Sequence record: NC_048045.1 | DNA length: 64,000 nucleotides | Strand: one strand, 5' to 3' | In this document: piece by piece, positions 9,271 to 18,929 of the stretch | Layout: every line of letters starts with the position of its first letter | How positions within the stretch are numbered: position 1 is the first letter of the stretch | Notes under the pieces: model-generated | The model's database searches: none | What the model saw: the letters and a program-made list of their open reading frames with translations, nothing else | What the model was told of the DNA's origin: nothing | Program-made: the position numbers and the translations under genes

Positions 9271-9525
9271 ATGAGCAATCGCGTTTGGATCGAACTCGAA
9301 AAGCCAAAGACGGCCGAGGAAGGCAAGGCGCGCGCCGCGCTTCTCTGCAAGATGCTCGGCCGGCTGGGCGTCGAGTTCGGCCGCTATCCCGCCGTGTTCT
9401 GGAGTGAGCGCGACGGCAACTACGCCTTCACCCTCGATGGCGGTGGCAGCTACGCCGTCTGCGAGGGCGCTGATCCTGGCCACTGGTACAACCTGGACTA
9501 CATAGTGGAGGGGCTCGAAGCGTGA
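9271..9525 (+). CDS. hypothetical protein
   Basis: GGAGG RBS. Confidence 0.8.
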   Translation: MSNRVWIELEKPKTAEEGKARAALLCKMLGRLGVEFGRYPAVFWSERDGNYAFTLDGGGSYAVCEGADPGHWYNLDYIVEGLEA

Positions 9526-9920
9526 CCCAGGACACCTTCCCGCCGATCCGTTCCCGCGAAGCCAGGGACGAGGAAATCCATGGCTTCGTCGTCCGCTACG
9601 GCTGGTTCTGGAACGTGGTGATGCTGAACGGCGACATCCTGGCGTTCGACCCCGACGACGTCGATCCGTGCCGCTACGGCGTGACCGACAAGGACGCCTT
9701 CCGCAACCTCGCCGGCCCGGTCGAGACGATCGTCTCCTACGAGTGCGTCCAGGGCTGGCACGCCAAGGCCAAGCACCTGTCGGGCTGGACCGAGCGCCAC
9801 GACGACCGCCTCGAAGCCCTGCGCACGGCCTATCGCCGGCTGGAGGCGCAGCGCGAGCGCAACTCCAAGGCTCTGGAGGAGCACGGCGGCATCTTCAAAT
9901 TCCTGGAGAAGCAGGACTGA
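9522..9920 (+). CDS. hypothetical protein
   Basis: GTGA overlap. Confidence 0.8.
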   Translation: MTQDTFPPIRSREARDEEIHGFVVRYGWFWNVVMLNGDILAFDPDDVDPCRYGVTDKDAFRNLAGPVETIVSYECVQGWHAKAKHLSGWTERHDDRLEALRTAYRRLEAQRERNSKALEEHGGIFKFLEKQD

Positions 9921-9921
9921 C

Positions 9922-10113
9922 GTGCTGACCAACGAGGAGATCACCTTCGCGGGCCTGATCCGGGCCATGGAGGACGCCCGCCGCGAAGCCCGCGCGGTGG
10001 GCGATCTCCTCAAGTCCGCCGAGATCGACGGCTGGTTCAAGGAGCACGCGCCGATCATCCGGGCGATCCGCGACAAGGCCGAAGCCGACGAATTCGACAA
10101 TCCGTTGGCGTGA
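9922..10113 (+). CDS. hypothetical protein
   Basis: Packed array. Confidence 0.7.
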   Translation: MLTNEEITFAGLIRAMEDARREARAVGDLLKSAEIDGWFKEHAPIIRAIRDKAEADEFDNPLA

Positions 10114-10163
10114 GAGTGTTGACAGCCTCGCCGCGCCCGGTTAAAAGCCTCCTCGACGACAAC
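10104..10163 (+). promoter_or_regulatory. repeated promoter P2
   Basis: 18-mer GTTGGCGTGAGAGTGTTG, TTGACA 10119-17-TAAAAG, GACGACAAC 10155. Confidence 0.8.
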
Positions 10164-10177
10164 GCAAGGAGCCTGTC

Positions 10178-11341
10178 TTGACCGATTTCCCGATCATCCG
10201 CGCCGCCATCGAAGGCCGCCGCGCCGCCGCGTTCGACACGATGCTGGCCAATGCCGACGCCTTCGCCGCCGAGGGCGTGCTGATCAAGGCCGAGTTCGAG
10301 GACATCAAGGGCGTCTTCACCCGCTGCATCGACGCGGCCTGGGAGGTCGTGCGCAAACGCTACTTCTTCATCGACCACGCCCTGCGCACCAAGGAAGTCG
10401 AGGACCTCTTCTGGAGCTTCTCGATCCCCTACCCGCACGTCCTGCCGGGCTACCTGAAGAAGACCCTGGCGGCCAAGAACATCCCGTCCAACGTCCGCGA
10501 GGACCTCGTGGCCCTGTTCAACGAGGGCATCGCCCTCAACGACAAGCTGGTGGCGCTCAAGCCCCTGATCGGCAAGCGCGCGCCCAAGAAGACCAAGGTC
10601 GAGATCGAGCGCGAGGGCAAGGAGCGCACCTGCCAAATCTGCGGTCGCGGCATCCTGGCCGAGGGCGGCACCATCGCCCACCACGGCTATACCCGTCCCG
10701 GCTACGGCTGGCAGACCGCCTCCTGCTCAGGCGCCCGCGAGGTCCCGTTCGAGATCAGCCGCGACGAACTGCGCAAGGAGATCGAGGCCCTCAAGGCGTG
10801 GCGCGTGCGCAAACTCGCCGAGCGCGCCCGGATCGAGGCCGAGGAAGTCAAGCTGGTGCTGAAGTATCAGGTCTCCGAGCAGGACCCGCGCCGCGCGCAG
10901 GGCTTCAAGCTGACCGTCGATCGCCAGATCGAAGTCACCCGCGACACCTTCGAGGCCCTGAAGGTCTCCACGCCCGAGGCCTTCTCGGGCAAGTACAACC
11001 CCCGCAAGGAGGGCAAGTACACCTACGAGGCCCTGACCTTCGATGGTCTCAAGACCCAAGCCATCGGCATGGTCGACATCGAGATCGGCCGCCTGGACAC
11101 TGACATCCTCCGCCAGCAGGCCCGCTATGACGGCTGGACCCAGAAGGCGATCTTTGGCGCCGGCCGCTATTGGTTCATCGGCGAGACGGTCCGCGTCCCC
11201 GGCGGCGACACCGGCAAGATCAAGGGCTTCTACCAGCACGTCCCGCCGCAGCCCGGCGACATCGCCGGCGGCCTCTACCTGGAGCAGGAAGCCGGCGGCC
11301 ACAAGTCCTGGAACGTGGCCGAACTGGAAGCGGTGGGCTGA
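10178..11341 (+). CDS. hypothetical protein (387 aa) with central Cys/His cluster
   Basis: TCQICGR...IAHHGY...TASC; strong codon bias. Confidence 0.85.
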   Translation: MTDFPIIRAAIEGRRAAAFDTMLANADAFAAEGVLIKAEFEDIKGVFTRCIDAAWEVVRKRYFFIDHALRTKEVEDLFWSFSIPYPHVLPGYLKKTLAAKNIPSNVREDLVALFNEGIALNDKLVALKPLIGKRAPKKTKVEIEREGKERTCQICGRGILAEGGTIAHHGYTRPGYGWQTASCSGAREVPFEISRDELRKEIEALKAWRVRKLAERARIEAEEVKLVLKYQVSEQDPRRAQGFKLTVDRQIEVTRDTFEALKVSTPEAFSGKYNPRKEGKYTYEALTFDGLKTQAIGMVDIEIGRLDTDILRQQARYDGWTQKAIFGAGRYWFIGETVRVPGGDTGKIKGFYQHVPPQPGDIAGGLYLEQEAGGHKSWNVAELEAVG

Positions 11342-11742
11342 TGCGCTTCGTCTCCCAGACCCAACCCTATTGCCGCTGCTGTGGCAAGCCGATCAAGAAG
11401 TTCACGACCCGCCTGACGTTCGGCAAGCGCGAGTACAAGGACCACGGCTGGTCGATCGACCGCACTGAAAAGCCGATGTCGAAGGAGGAACTCCAGCGCG
11501 CCGTCAACGGGAAGATCATCTCGTTCTCGTGGGATCACGATACGACCTATGGCGCCGACTATCAGCCCATCCGCACGAAGACCCACATTGGCGAGGCCAA
11601 TGTCTGGGACGGCGAGACCTACGAGGCGGAGTTCTTCTGCACCCTGCGGTGCGCCGCCGCTTTCGGCGAGATGGCCGCCCGTGAATATCCGGGCCTCCAC
11701 ACCCAGACCTACGCTGACGCCATGAGAAAGAGGGAGGGCTAA
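11341..11742 (+). CDS. hypothetical Cys-containing protein
   Basis: YCRCCGK and FCTLRCA motifs; TGATG coupling. Confidence 0.8.
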   Translation: MRFVSQTQPYCRCCGKPIKKFTTRLTFGKREYKDHGWSIDRTEKPMSKEELQRAVNGKIISFSWDHDTTYGADYQPIRTKTHIGEANVWDGETYEAEFFCTLRCAAAFGEMAAREYPGLHTQTYADAMRKREG

Positions 11743-12464
11743 TGTCCGACGAGATCAGGAAGACCCACGAAGCCTTCGGCGTGATCGGCTACAGCCACAC
11801 CCAGGGCGACACCGATCTGGTCGGCGTCGACTACGCCCAAGGGCACTACGTGTCCCTGACGATCAAGACGGCGATCGCCTACGAGGGCGAGACGCATGAT
11901 CGCTTCCACGGCGACAAGTACATCTGCAAGGTGTCGATGAGCGAGGTCCAGTGGGCCTCCTTCATCGCCAACCCCAATCGGGGCGACGGCGTGCCCTGCA
12001 CCTTGCAGTTCTACCGTGACCCGCTGACCGGCGAGGCCAAGCAGCCCAAGTACATGCGCGAGCGCCTGACCCGCATCGACCGCACCCGCGAGGCCGTCAC
12101 CGCCCGCGCCAAGGCCCTGTCGACCAAGGTCAAGGAAGCGCAGGCCGAACTCCAGCGGCTGATGGACGGCGGACCGATCAAGAAGGGCGACCTCAAAGCG
12201 CTCAAGGACCTGCTCTACTTCGCCAACCAGGACATGGACATGAACCTGGGCTACTTCGTCGAGCGGGTCGAGGAGACCATCGACAAGGCGGTGGTCGACG
12301 CCAAGGCCCAGGTCGACGCTCACGTCGATTTCGTGGTCCGGGAACTGGGCGTGCGCGCCCTGGGCTCGCGGCTGCAAGCAGCGATCGACGCAGGCCATGA
12401 GCCGGGCGCGGTCGGCCAAGCCCTGCTTGACGCGATAGCCCCGCCCCAGGAGCCGCCGACGTGA
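11742..12464 (+). CDS. hypothetical protein (240 aa)
   Basis: TAATG coupling, GGAGG RBS. Confidence 0.85.
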   Translation: MSDEIRKTHEAFGVIGYSHTQGDTDLVGVDYAQGHYVSLTIKTAIAYEGETHDRFHGDKYICKVSMSEVQWASFIANPNRGDGVPCTLQFYRDPLTGEAKQPKYMRERLTRIDRTREAVTARAKALSTKVKEAQAELQRLMDGGPIKKGDLKALKDLLYFANQDMDMNLGYFVERVEETIDKAVVDAKAQVDAHVDFVVRELGVRALGSRLQAAIDAGHEPGAVGQALLDAIAPPQEPPT

Positions 12465-12703
12465 GGACACCCCGCTTCCTGAACCGCTGGCGCGACGGCG
12501 ACATCGCCGAGGAAAAGGCCTTCCAGACCAAGGGGCTGGCCTTCGCCCATGCCGCGCGCATCGCCAGCCGCCTGGGCGAGATCGTTCGTGTCGAGCACCA
12601 GGAACCCATCAGCCAAGCCTCCCCGAACTGGGCGGTGGTCGAGAAGTGGTCCTTCCACCCCGACGGCCGCATGACCCGTGACCTCAAGAAGGAAGTCCTA
12701 TGA
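12461..12703 (+). CDS. hypothetical protein
   Basis: GTGA overlap. Confidence 0.75.
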   Translation: MRTPRFLNRWRDGDIAEEKAFQTKGLAFAHAARIASRLGEIVRVEHQEPISQASPNWAVVEKWSFHPDGRMTRDLKKEVL

Positions 12704-13194
12704 CCCGCAGCACCGCCGAAATCATCGCCCGCATCGAGGCCCTGGAGAACGACCTCTCGGACTTCTTCGGCTTCCAGAAGGGCGATCTGATCTGCTACCT
12801 GCCGTTCGACGACGCCAAGCGCTGGCTCAACGACAAGGCCTCGGCCGACGCCTGGGAGCCGAACGTCAACACGCCCGAGGCGATCAAGTCGTCGATCTAC
12901 GACTACATGTCGTTCGCCTGGGACAAGGCCAACAACTGCCGGGGGCTGTCGGCCGGTCGCTCCATCGACCACATGAAGGCGTGGCTCTGGCTGCTGGGCG
13001 AAGACGAGGCGTGGGTCGAGGCCCTGCGGCTCGACAACTACAACATGTACGGCAAGCCCCAGCTTCGTGCGATCTGCGAGCGCTTCGGTTGGGACTGGAC
13101 CAAATGGGATGACGGGTCCTGGACCAACAGCGAAGGCGAGGCCGGATACGGCCCTGATCAAGTCCCGCGCGTCGGCGTCGTCGAGCCGGCCTAA
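12700..13194 (+). CDS. hypothetical protein
   Basis: ATGA overlap. Confidence 0.8.
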   Translation: MTRSTAEIIARIEALENDLSDFFGFQKGDLICYLPFDDAKRWLNDKASADAWEPNVNTPEAIKSSIYDYMSFAWDKANNCRGLSAGRSIDHMKAWLWLLGEDEAWVEALRLDNYNMYGKPQLRAICERFGWDWTKWDDGSWTNSEGEAGYGPDQVPRVGVVEPA

Positions 13195-13201
13195 ACACTC
13201 C

Positions 13202-13261
13202 GCTGGCGTTAGAGTGTTGACAGTCGTCGGGGCCTCCTCTATAGACACGCTCGACGACAAC
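13202..13261 (+). promoter_or_regulatory. repeated promoter P3
   Basis: 18-mer GCTGGCGTTAGAGTGTTG, TTGACA 13217-17-TATAGA, GACGACAAC 13253. Confidence 0.8.
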
Positions 13262-13273
13262 GAGGAGGCCCCG

Positions 13274-15055
13274 ATGACCACCGAGACCATGACCCTGAGC
13301 TTCCGGATCGAAGGCGCTGCGCTCGTTGAGCGCGCCCGCGATCGCGTCATCGAAGGCAACTGGGAGCACGGCCTGCGCATCCTCGTCGAGGGTCTGCACG
13401 GCATGACCTATGACTACGCCATCGACATCCTCAGGGGCAAATACACGCTGGGCGGCTGGTCCTCGGACCCCGAGGGCGTCTATCTCGCCGACCAGGACCC
13501 CGAGGACGAGACCTTCAGGCGCTACAAGGAGACCTTCGACTACCAGTTCGGCGCCGTCCTGAAGATGGACGATGGTCGCATCATGCGGCCCTACGCGGTG
13601 GTCGACAGCTACTCCAAACTCGATTTCGATTCGCGCGTGCGCCACCTGCGCCTAGCCCCCGGCTCGGACCCGGTCCACGTCCGTCCCAAGCGGTTCCGTG
13701 ACGTGCGCGCCGAACTCGATGGCGAGCAGATCGACTGGGCCTATCGCTCGCTCCACTACGCCGACAACCCGACCCAGGACATCGCCAAGCTGGTGACGCT
13801 GGACGGATATCACCCGACCCACCGGATGGTCGTGCTGTTCGAAGAGGTCCGGGACTACCCCAAGCTCCTGAAGCCGTCGGTCGAGACCGACGCCCAGAAG
13901 GTGGTCGATCTGGCCCTAAAGTGCGGGCGCGGGCTCAACAAGCGCGGGCACATCTACGATCACGGCGAGCCGGGCGTGACGGACGAGTACATGTACGGCA
14001 CGACCAAGACGGTCGACAACGTCCCCGGCGCCTGGACCCTGCGGAACCCGAACTACATCGCCCCCGCCACCGCGAGCCTGACCGAGGCTGTCGCCGGCGC
14101 CAACAAGGTCTCGGCCGTCAAGGCGATCGAAGCCGTCGGCGGCCCTATGGACGAGGTCGGAGCCATGAACCGGCTGATCAAGGATCAGGTCGACGAGGGC
14201 ATGACCATCAGCGCGGCCATCGACATCGCCCGCGCCCGCATGGCTCTCATGGGCGGCATGGCCGAGGACCCAGAGCAGCGCCTGCGGGCGATCAACGACG
14301 CCTACGCCGCCAAGTATGAGCGGGCCGAGGGCCGCAGCGTCGAGGAGTACCGCAAGGCCATCCTCGCCCAGGCCGGCGACGACTTCTTCGATCTCGCGTA
14401 CACGGATGTCGACGGCAAGGACGTCGTCCTGAAGGTCCCGACCGCGCCGTTCGAGCAATGGGCTCTGTGGCGCACGGCCGGCTCCCACCTCGCCAAGCCT
14501 TGGAAGCGGGTGACCTACACCGGCTTCAAGATGTTCGGCGATGATCCCTACCACACCGACTGGGTGCTGGGCGCGGGGCTCAATCCCGAGGACTGGCCGA
14601 TCGTGGAGAGCGACAACCCGCCGCTCCACAAGGCCGCCTGGGACAAGCGCTTCCAGCTTGCCGAGGAAAAGCTGGGCGGCAACATGCGCGTCCTGCTTGG
14701 CAAGGGCTTCGTGACCGGCAAGATCGTGATGCTCAAGCCGGGCGAGACCCTATCGCCGGGCGAGATCGGCGTGATCCGCAACGCCGGCCCCGACTTCGTC
14801 CAGGCCGCCCAGAGCGCGATCGAGCACAACACCGCCCTGATCTGCGAGAATGGCGGCAGCGTCGCCCACCTCGTGGTCGAGTACCTGGACAAGCCGCTGC
14901 GCCTGACCCGGATCGAGAACGCCCGCAAGATTTTCAAGGACGGCATGACCGTCTACCTCGACTTCGACAAGTCGACGCGCACGATCGCCAAAGGCGGCCT
15001 GGGGCCGAGCCCCGCCGACCTGGGCCTGGACTCCGAATGGGAGATTGAAGAGTGA
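13274..15055 (+). CDS. 593-aa protein with C-terminal PEP-utilising enzyme mobile (phosphohistidine swivel)-like domain
   Basis: VTGKIV...GEIGVIRNAGPDF...ALICENGGSVAHLVV...IENARKIFKDGMTVYLDF matches the swivel-domain pattern with its His; N-terminal ~480 aa unrecognised. Confidence 0.7.
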   Translation: MTTETMTLSFRIEGAALVERARDRVIEGNWEHGLRILVEGLHGMTYDYAIDILRGKYTLGGWSSDPEGVYLADQDPEDETFRRYKETFDYQFGAVLKMDDGRIMRPYAVVDSYSKLDFDSRVRHLRLAPGSDPVHVRPKRFRDVRAELDGEQIDWAYRSLHYADNPTQDIAKLVTLDGYHPTHRMVVLFEEVRDYPKLLKPSVETDAQKVVDLALKCGRGLNKRGHIYDHGEPGVTDEYMYGTTKTVDNVPGAWTLRNPNYIAPATASLTEAVAGANKVSAVKAIEAVGGPMDEVGAMNRLIKDQVDEGMTISAAIDIARARMALMGGMAEDPEQRLRAINDAYAAKYERAEGRSVEEYRKAILAQAGDDFFDLAYTDVDGKDVVLKVPTAPFEQWALWRTAGSHLAKPWKRVTYTGFKMFGDDPYHTDWVLGAGLNPEDWPIVESDNPPLHKAAWDKRFQLAEEKLGGNMRVLLGKGFVTGKIVMLKPGETLSPGEIGVIRNAGPDFVQAAQSAIEHNTALICENGGSVAHLVVEYLDKPLRLTRIENARKIFKDGMTVYLDFDKSTRTIAKGGLGPSPADLGLDSEWEIEE

Positions 15056-15345
15056 ACGACCTGACCCTGACCCTGGTGGGCTCCGACGCCCAGGACCGTT
15101 TCGCCGTCGAGACCCGCGTGGCTGACGTGCCGGGCGGCAAGCTCTACATCACCACGGCGCATGCCGGCGAGAACTCCGAGGCCATCTCGGTCGCCCAGGC
15201 CTTCGTGCCGAACCCGCCGCCGCAATTCACCGTGCAGGTCACCGACGAGGACCTGCGCGCGCTCGCCGAGTGCAGGGACGTCGCCAGGGCGCGCAGCCTG
15301 TTCCGGGGCATCCTCAAGGCGCACGGCCTGGATATCGTGGCCTGA
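15052..15345 (+). CDS. hypothetical protein
   Basis: GTGA overlap. Confidence 0.75.
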   Translation: MNDLTLTLVGSDAQDRFAVETRVADVPGGKLYITTAHAGENSEAISVAQAFVPNPPPQFTVQVTDEDLRALAECRDVARARSLFRGILKAHGLDIVA

Positions 15346-15524
15346 TGCCGCTCTACAGCTTCAAGGCCACGGTCACCTATCACGACGAGGTCGTCATCGA
15401 CGCCGAGGACGAAGACCACGCGCGCGAACTGGTGGCGGAGACGGGCTTCACCGGAAGCCACATCGTCAGCCACGACGCCGACCTCGACCCCGAGATCAAA
15501 CTCCACCTGGACGAGGAGGACTGA
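15345..15524 (+). CDS. hypothetical protein
   Basis: TGATG coupling. Confidence 0.7.
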   Translation: MPLYSFKATVTYHDEVVIDAEDEDHARELVAETGFTGSHIVSHDADLDPEIKLHLDEED

Positions 15525-15525
15525 C

Positions 15526-16032
15526 ATGGCCGACTTCAGCAAAGCCCGCCGCACCATGGAGGCGTCCGACATCGTCGATCGCCTGAAAGCTCTCCACGAC
15601 CTGGAAGATGCGCGCGACCACCCAGACGAGGAGACCAAGACCGTCCTCAAGGAGGCGGCGATCCACATCGGCCTGTGGCATGATCAGGCCCGGCTCAATG
15701 ACGACCTCGCAAAAGCTGCGTTGGCGCACGCCAACGTCTACAAGACCATCGCCCTTACGGCTTCCCAGGAGCCCAACTTTAAGCGCGCGGCGTCGCAACT
15801 TGCCCTCGTGGAAATGTACGCTGATCAGCTTCGGGTCAGCGTCAATACATTCCAGCGGGTGATGGACGAAGCTGGCCTCCTTTCAGGGCCGGAGGGGCGC
15901 AAGGCCTATGAGATCATCATGAAGCACCTCCAACATGATCTTGCAGGCGTGAAGGGCATGTCGATCCGCTATAATGTCCGCGCCGCCGTCGAGGCGCTGC
16001 GCGGCTTGCCCGCCAAGGAGCCGGAAGCTTGA
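15526..16032 (+). CDS. hypothetical protein
   Basis: GGAGG RBS; central part has atypical codons. Confidence 0.75.
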   Translation: MADFSKARRTMEASDIVDRLKALHDLEDARDHPDEETKTVLKEAAIHIGLWHDQARLNDDLAKAALAHANVYKTIALTASQEPNFKRAASQLALVEMYADQLRVSVNTFQRVMDEAGLLSGPEGRKAYEIIMKHLQHDLAGVKGMSIRYNVRAAVEALRGLPAKEPEA

Positions 16033-16241
16033 GCCGCCGCTACACCGGCCCGCGCTTCTGGATCGCCGAGGACGGCCACGTCCATCAAATCCAGGACGGC
16101 GTCACCAACGTCGTCGCCACCCTGACCAAGGACGAGATGAGCCGGCTGCGCAAGTGCGGCTGGAACATCGGCTCGTCCACCCGACGCTACGCCCACAACC
16201 CCGCCACCGTCCTGCGCAACGCCCTGGGAGCCGCCCGATGA
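16029..16241 (+). CDS. hypothetical protein
   Basis: TTG start overlapping upstream stop. Confidence 0.7.
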   Translation: MSRRYTGPRFWIAEDGHVHQIQDGVTNVVATLTKDEMSRLRKCGWNIGSSTRRYAHNPATVLRNALGAAR

Positions 16242-16807
16242 TCGATCCGAAAGCCAGCCTCGCCCAGCAGACCGAGTCGTTCCTGGGCGACGGCCGCGCG
16301 CTCGCCGAGGTCTGTCAGCGCGAGGGCACCTACAATCTCGCCGACCAGACCCTGGCCTACATCGCCGACGCCGAGACGATCATCGAGGCCCAGCGCAAGC
16401 GCATCACCCAGTTCCAGGAGGAGAAGCTGCGCAACTGGGGCACCAACAACGCCTACCTGCGGGTGATCCAGGAATTCATCGCCGGCCGGGCGAACCCCCA
16501 CCTCAAGGCCCTGCAAGACCTGGGCGGCATGACGATCGTCCAGGGCCGGCATCTCCAGCAGACCATCGACAAATTCAACGCGACCCTGCGGGCCGAAGGC
16601 ATCTCCGGAAAGGAGTTGACCGGCAAGGGTAAGCGCCTGATCGACCTCGTCGAGTTCTTCGTCTTCCACGAAATCCATCGCATCGCATGGTACATCGAGA
16701 AGTTCGTGGGCCGCGACATCCATCTGGCGGTGGCGGGGCTGACGCCGGCCGATATCAAGGACCTTCCAAACCCAGAGCCGCCGCAGCCCCAGGAGATGCC
16801 GTCGTGA
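16238..16807 (+). CDS. hypothetical protein
   Basis: ATGA overlap, GGAG RBS. Confidence 0.8.
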   Translation: MIDPKASLAQQTESFLGDGRALAEVCQREGTYNLADQTLAYIADAETIIEAQRKRITQFQEEKLRNWGTNNAYLRVIQEFIAGRANPHLKALQDLGGMTIVQGRHLQQTIDKFNATLRAEGISGKELTGKGKRLIDLVEFFVFHEIHRIAWYIEKFVGRDIHLAVAGLTPADIKDLPNPEPPQPQEMPS

Positions 16808-17031
16808 TCGATCACGTCTACCGCCGCGATCCGCGCGGCAAGGACTACGGCGTCCAGCGGATGGACCTGGGCGAGGCCCTGGCGGTGGTCGCCGCCGAGA
16901 AGCAGGACTTTCTCCTGCGGCTCGTCGAGGTCCTGCACGAGAACAATCTCCTGCGCGACGCAGACGTCCTGGAATTGCTCGGCAAGGGCTGGGGCCTGGA
17001 GGCCTACGACGTCCTGTACGAAGACGATTGA
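16804..17031 (+). CDS. hypothetical protein
   Basis: GTGA overlap. Confidence 0.7.
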   Translation: MIDHVYRRDPRGKDYGVQRMDLGEALAVVAAEKQDFLLRLVEVLHENNLLRDADVLELLGKGWGLEAYDVLYEDD

Positions 17032-17072
17032 CAACACTCTCGCGCCAGCATAGAGGTGTCTCCGACGACAAC
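17028..17072 (+). promoter_or_regulatory. repeated promoter P4 (operator motif inverted, in spacer)
   Basis: TTGACA-17-TAGAGG; CAACACTCTCGCGCCAGC 17032-17049; GACGACAAC 17064. Confidence 0.8.
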
Positions 17073-17085
17073 GAAGGAGGCTTCC

Positions 17086-17457
17086 GTGAAGCTCGCGACC
17101 CAAGACCGGACCGATCCCCGCCTGAACGCCGACTACCGCCTGATCAAGGCGGTCTTCTACTACGGCGGCCCGGCCGAGTACCCGATCCACCTGGACGAAC
17201 GCTGGAGCGCGGTGACGCCGGCCCAGGTCGAGGACCAGATTTCGGCCCTCTGCCGCGATCTCGCCAAGTGCTCGGGCAACACCCTGGCGCCGGCGACCTT
17301 CTACGAGCGCGCCAAGCTGAGCTTCGCCGAGGTCCCGCCGGTGTCCGACGAGTTCTGGGGCCTGATCTCCGAGACCACCAAGCAGAACATCCTCGCCATG
17401 AAGGATCGCTTCACGGTCCACGGCAGCGGCTTCCTCCTGTCCTGGGCCAAGGCCTGA
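17086..17457 (+). CDS. hypothetical protein
   Basis: GTG start after GGAGG. Confidence 0.8.
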   Translation: MKLATQDRTDPRLNADYRLIKAVFYYGGPAEYPIHLDERWSAVTPAQVEDQISALCRDLAKCSGNTLAPATFYERAKLSFAEVPPVSDEFWGLISETTKQNILAMKDRFTVHGSGFLLSWAKA

Positions 17458-17795
17458 TGTGCCATCTGGCCCACACCCAGGGATGCCGCGAGTGCCCGTT
17501 CAAGCGCGCCGCCGCGCCCGGCTGGCTCGGCGCTGACACCCCGGAGGGTTTCCTGCGCGCGACCATGTCGGGCAGCGTCCAGATGCCCTGCCACATGACC
17601 GTCGACTACGAGGCCGACGACTGGCGCGAGCAGGCGGCCGACGCGCCGTTCTGCGCCGGTGCCCTGATCTTCCTCAAGAACATCTGCAACCTGCCGCATG
17701 ATCCGGTGATCGTCGCGGCCCGCGCGCAGGTCGAACCCAACCGCGAAGACTACTTCGCCCGCCCGGACGAGTTCCTGGCCCATCACGGAGGCTGA
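17457..17795 (+). CDS. Cys-rich phage protein (DUF6283-like)
   Basis: CRECPF...MPCHMT...FCAGALIF pattern. Confidence 0.65.
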   Translation: MCHLAHTQGCRECPFKRAAAPGWLGADTPEGFLRATMSGSVQMPCHMTVDYEADDWREQAADAPFCAGALIFLKNICNLPHDPVIVAARAQVEPNREDYFARPDEFLAHHGG

Positions 17796-17796
17796 C

Positions 17797-18078
17797 ATGA
17801 GCAAGCCCGCCCAATACCGCGTCTACGCCTACACCAAGCGGGTCGCGGCTCAACGACCCTATATCGACACCGAGATCGTCCACATGCAGGACCTCCAAGT
17901 GAGGCGCTGGTGGGGCTGGCAGACCATCGACGAGGAGGTCGTCCCGACCCACGTCAAGATCAGCCTGGGCGCGTTCGGCGACACCGGCGGCTGGGTCTCG
18001 AAGTTCACCAAGCTGGGGACCTTCGGCCGCGACGGCGTCTTTACCCTGCATCCGCACGTGGAGGCCAAACTGTCATGA
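17797..18078 (+). CDS. hypothetical protein
   Basis: GGAGG RBS. Confidence 0.75.
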   Translation: MSKPAQYRVYAYTKRVAAQRPYIDTEIVHMQDLQVRRWWGWQTIDEEVVPTHVKISLGAFGDTGGWVSKFTKLGTFGRDGVFTLHPHVEAKLS

Positions 18079-18497
18079 AGCTCTTCCTGATCATCCTGGC
18101 GACCATCCTGTGGCTGGGCGACACCGCCCGCGCCCAGGCCTTCCGCCTCACCCAGCCGCTCAACTACGGCAGCGATCTCCACTACACCGAGACGCGTGAC
18201 GCCTCGGCCTCCCGTGAACCGCTCAAGCGGGTGATCGCTGACCTGTCGCGCTCGCCGACCGTGACGATCGAGCGGGCCTGGACGTATGCGGAACTCGCCG
18301 GCGCCCAGACCACCTGCGGCGAGATCATCCTCAATGGTCGCCACCAGAAGTTCGTGCTCCAGCAGGGGCCGAAGACGGCCGTGATCGGCCCGGCCATGCC
18401 CACCGAGTTCTGGAGCCTGGACGTCCAGGACTACCAGTTCCGCAATGCCGGGTGCCTGCGCGACCGCGCCGCCCAGATCATCCCGCCGAGGTTCTAA
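18075..18497 (+). CDS. putative exported protein (Sec signal peptide)
   Basis: MKLFLIILATILWLGDTARA|QAF with an AxA site; two Cys in the mature part. Confidence 0.7.
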   Translation: MKLFLIILATILWLGDTARAQAFRLTQPLNYGSDLHYTETRDASASREPLKRVIADLSRSPTVTIERAWTYAELAGAQTTCGEIILNGRHQKFVLQQGPKTAVIGPAMPTEFWSLDVQDYQFRNAGCLRDRAAQIIPPRF

Positions 18498-18499
18498 CG

Positions 18500-18559
18500 G
18501 CTGGCGTTCTTGTGTTGACAGCGACCCTCATGCGGGCCTAGAACGTCATCGACGACAAC
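18500..18559 (+). promoter_or_regulatory. repeated promoter P5
   Basis: GCTGGCGTTCTTGTGTTG, TTGACA 18515-18-TAGAAC, GACGACAAC 18551. Confidence 0.8.
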
Positions 18560-18572
18560 AAAGGAGCCCCGC

Positions 18573-18929
18573 ATGCCGCTGTATGATTTCCCGACCGGCC
18601 CGACCACGATGGAGGACATCGAAGCGTTCGTCGCCGGTGCCCAGGCGGTGGTCAACGCCCAGATGGCGAAGGCCTTCCCGAACGTGAGCCCGCCGGTCCT
18701 GACGATCGAGCCGATCCGCCCCAACACCCAGTTCGCCAAGATCGTGTCGAGCGACCGCTCGCAACGCTCGGTCTGGGCTTTCGTTCGCCTGGAGGACGGC
18801 CTGATCTACAAGCCCTCGTCGTGGAAGGTCCCGGCCAAGCACGCGCGCGGCACGATCCATACCGCGTCCTTCGGAGCCGAGTACGTCGACTGGACCGGCC
18901 CGCGCTACATCAAGGACCTGCGCCCGTGA
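18573..18929 (+). CDS. hypothetical phage protein
   Basis: AAGGAG RBS; FAKIV...SVWAFV...GLIYKPSSWKVPAKHARG. Confidence 0.85.
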   Translation: MPLYDFPTGPTTMEDIEAFVAGAQAVVNAQMAKAFPNVSPPVLTIEPIRPNTQFAKIVSSDRSQRSVWAFVRLEDGLIYKPSSWKVPAKHARGTIHTASFGAEYVDWTGPRYIKDLRP

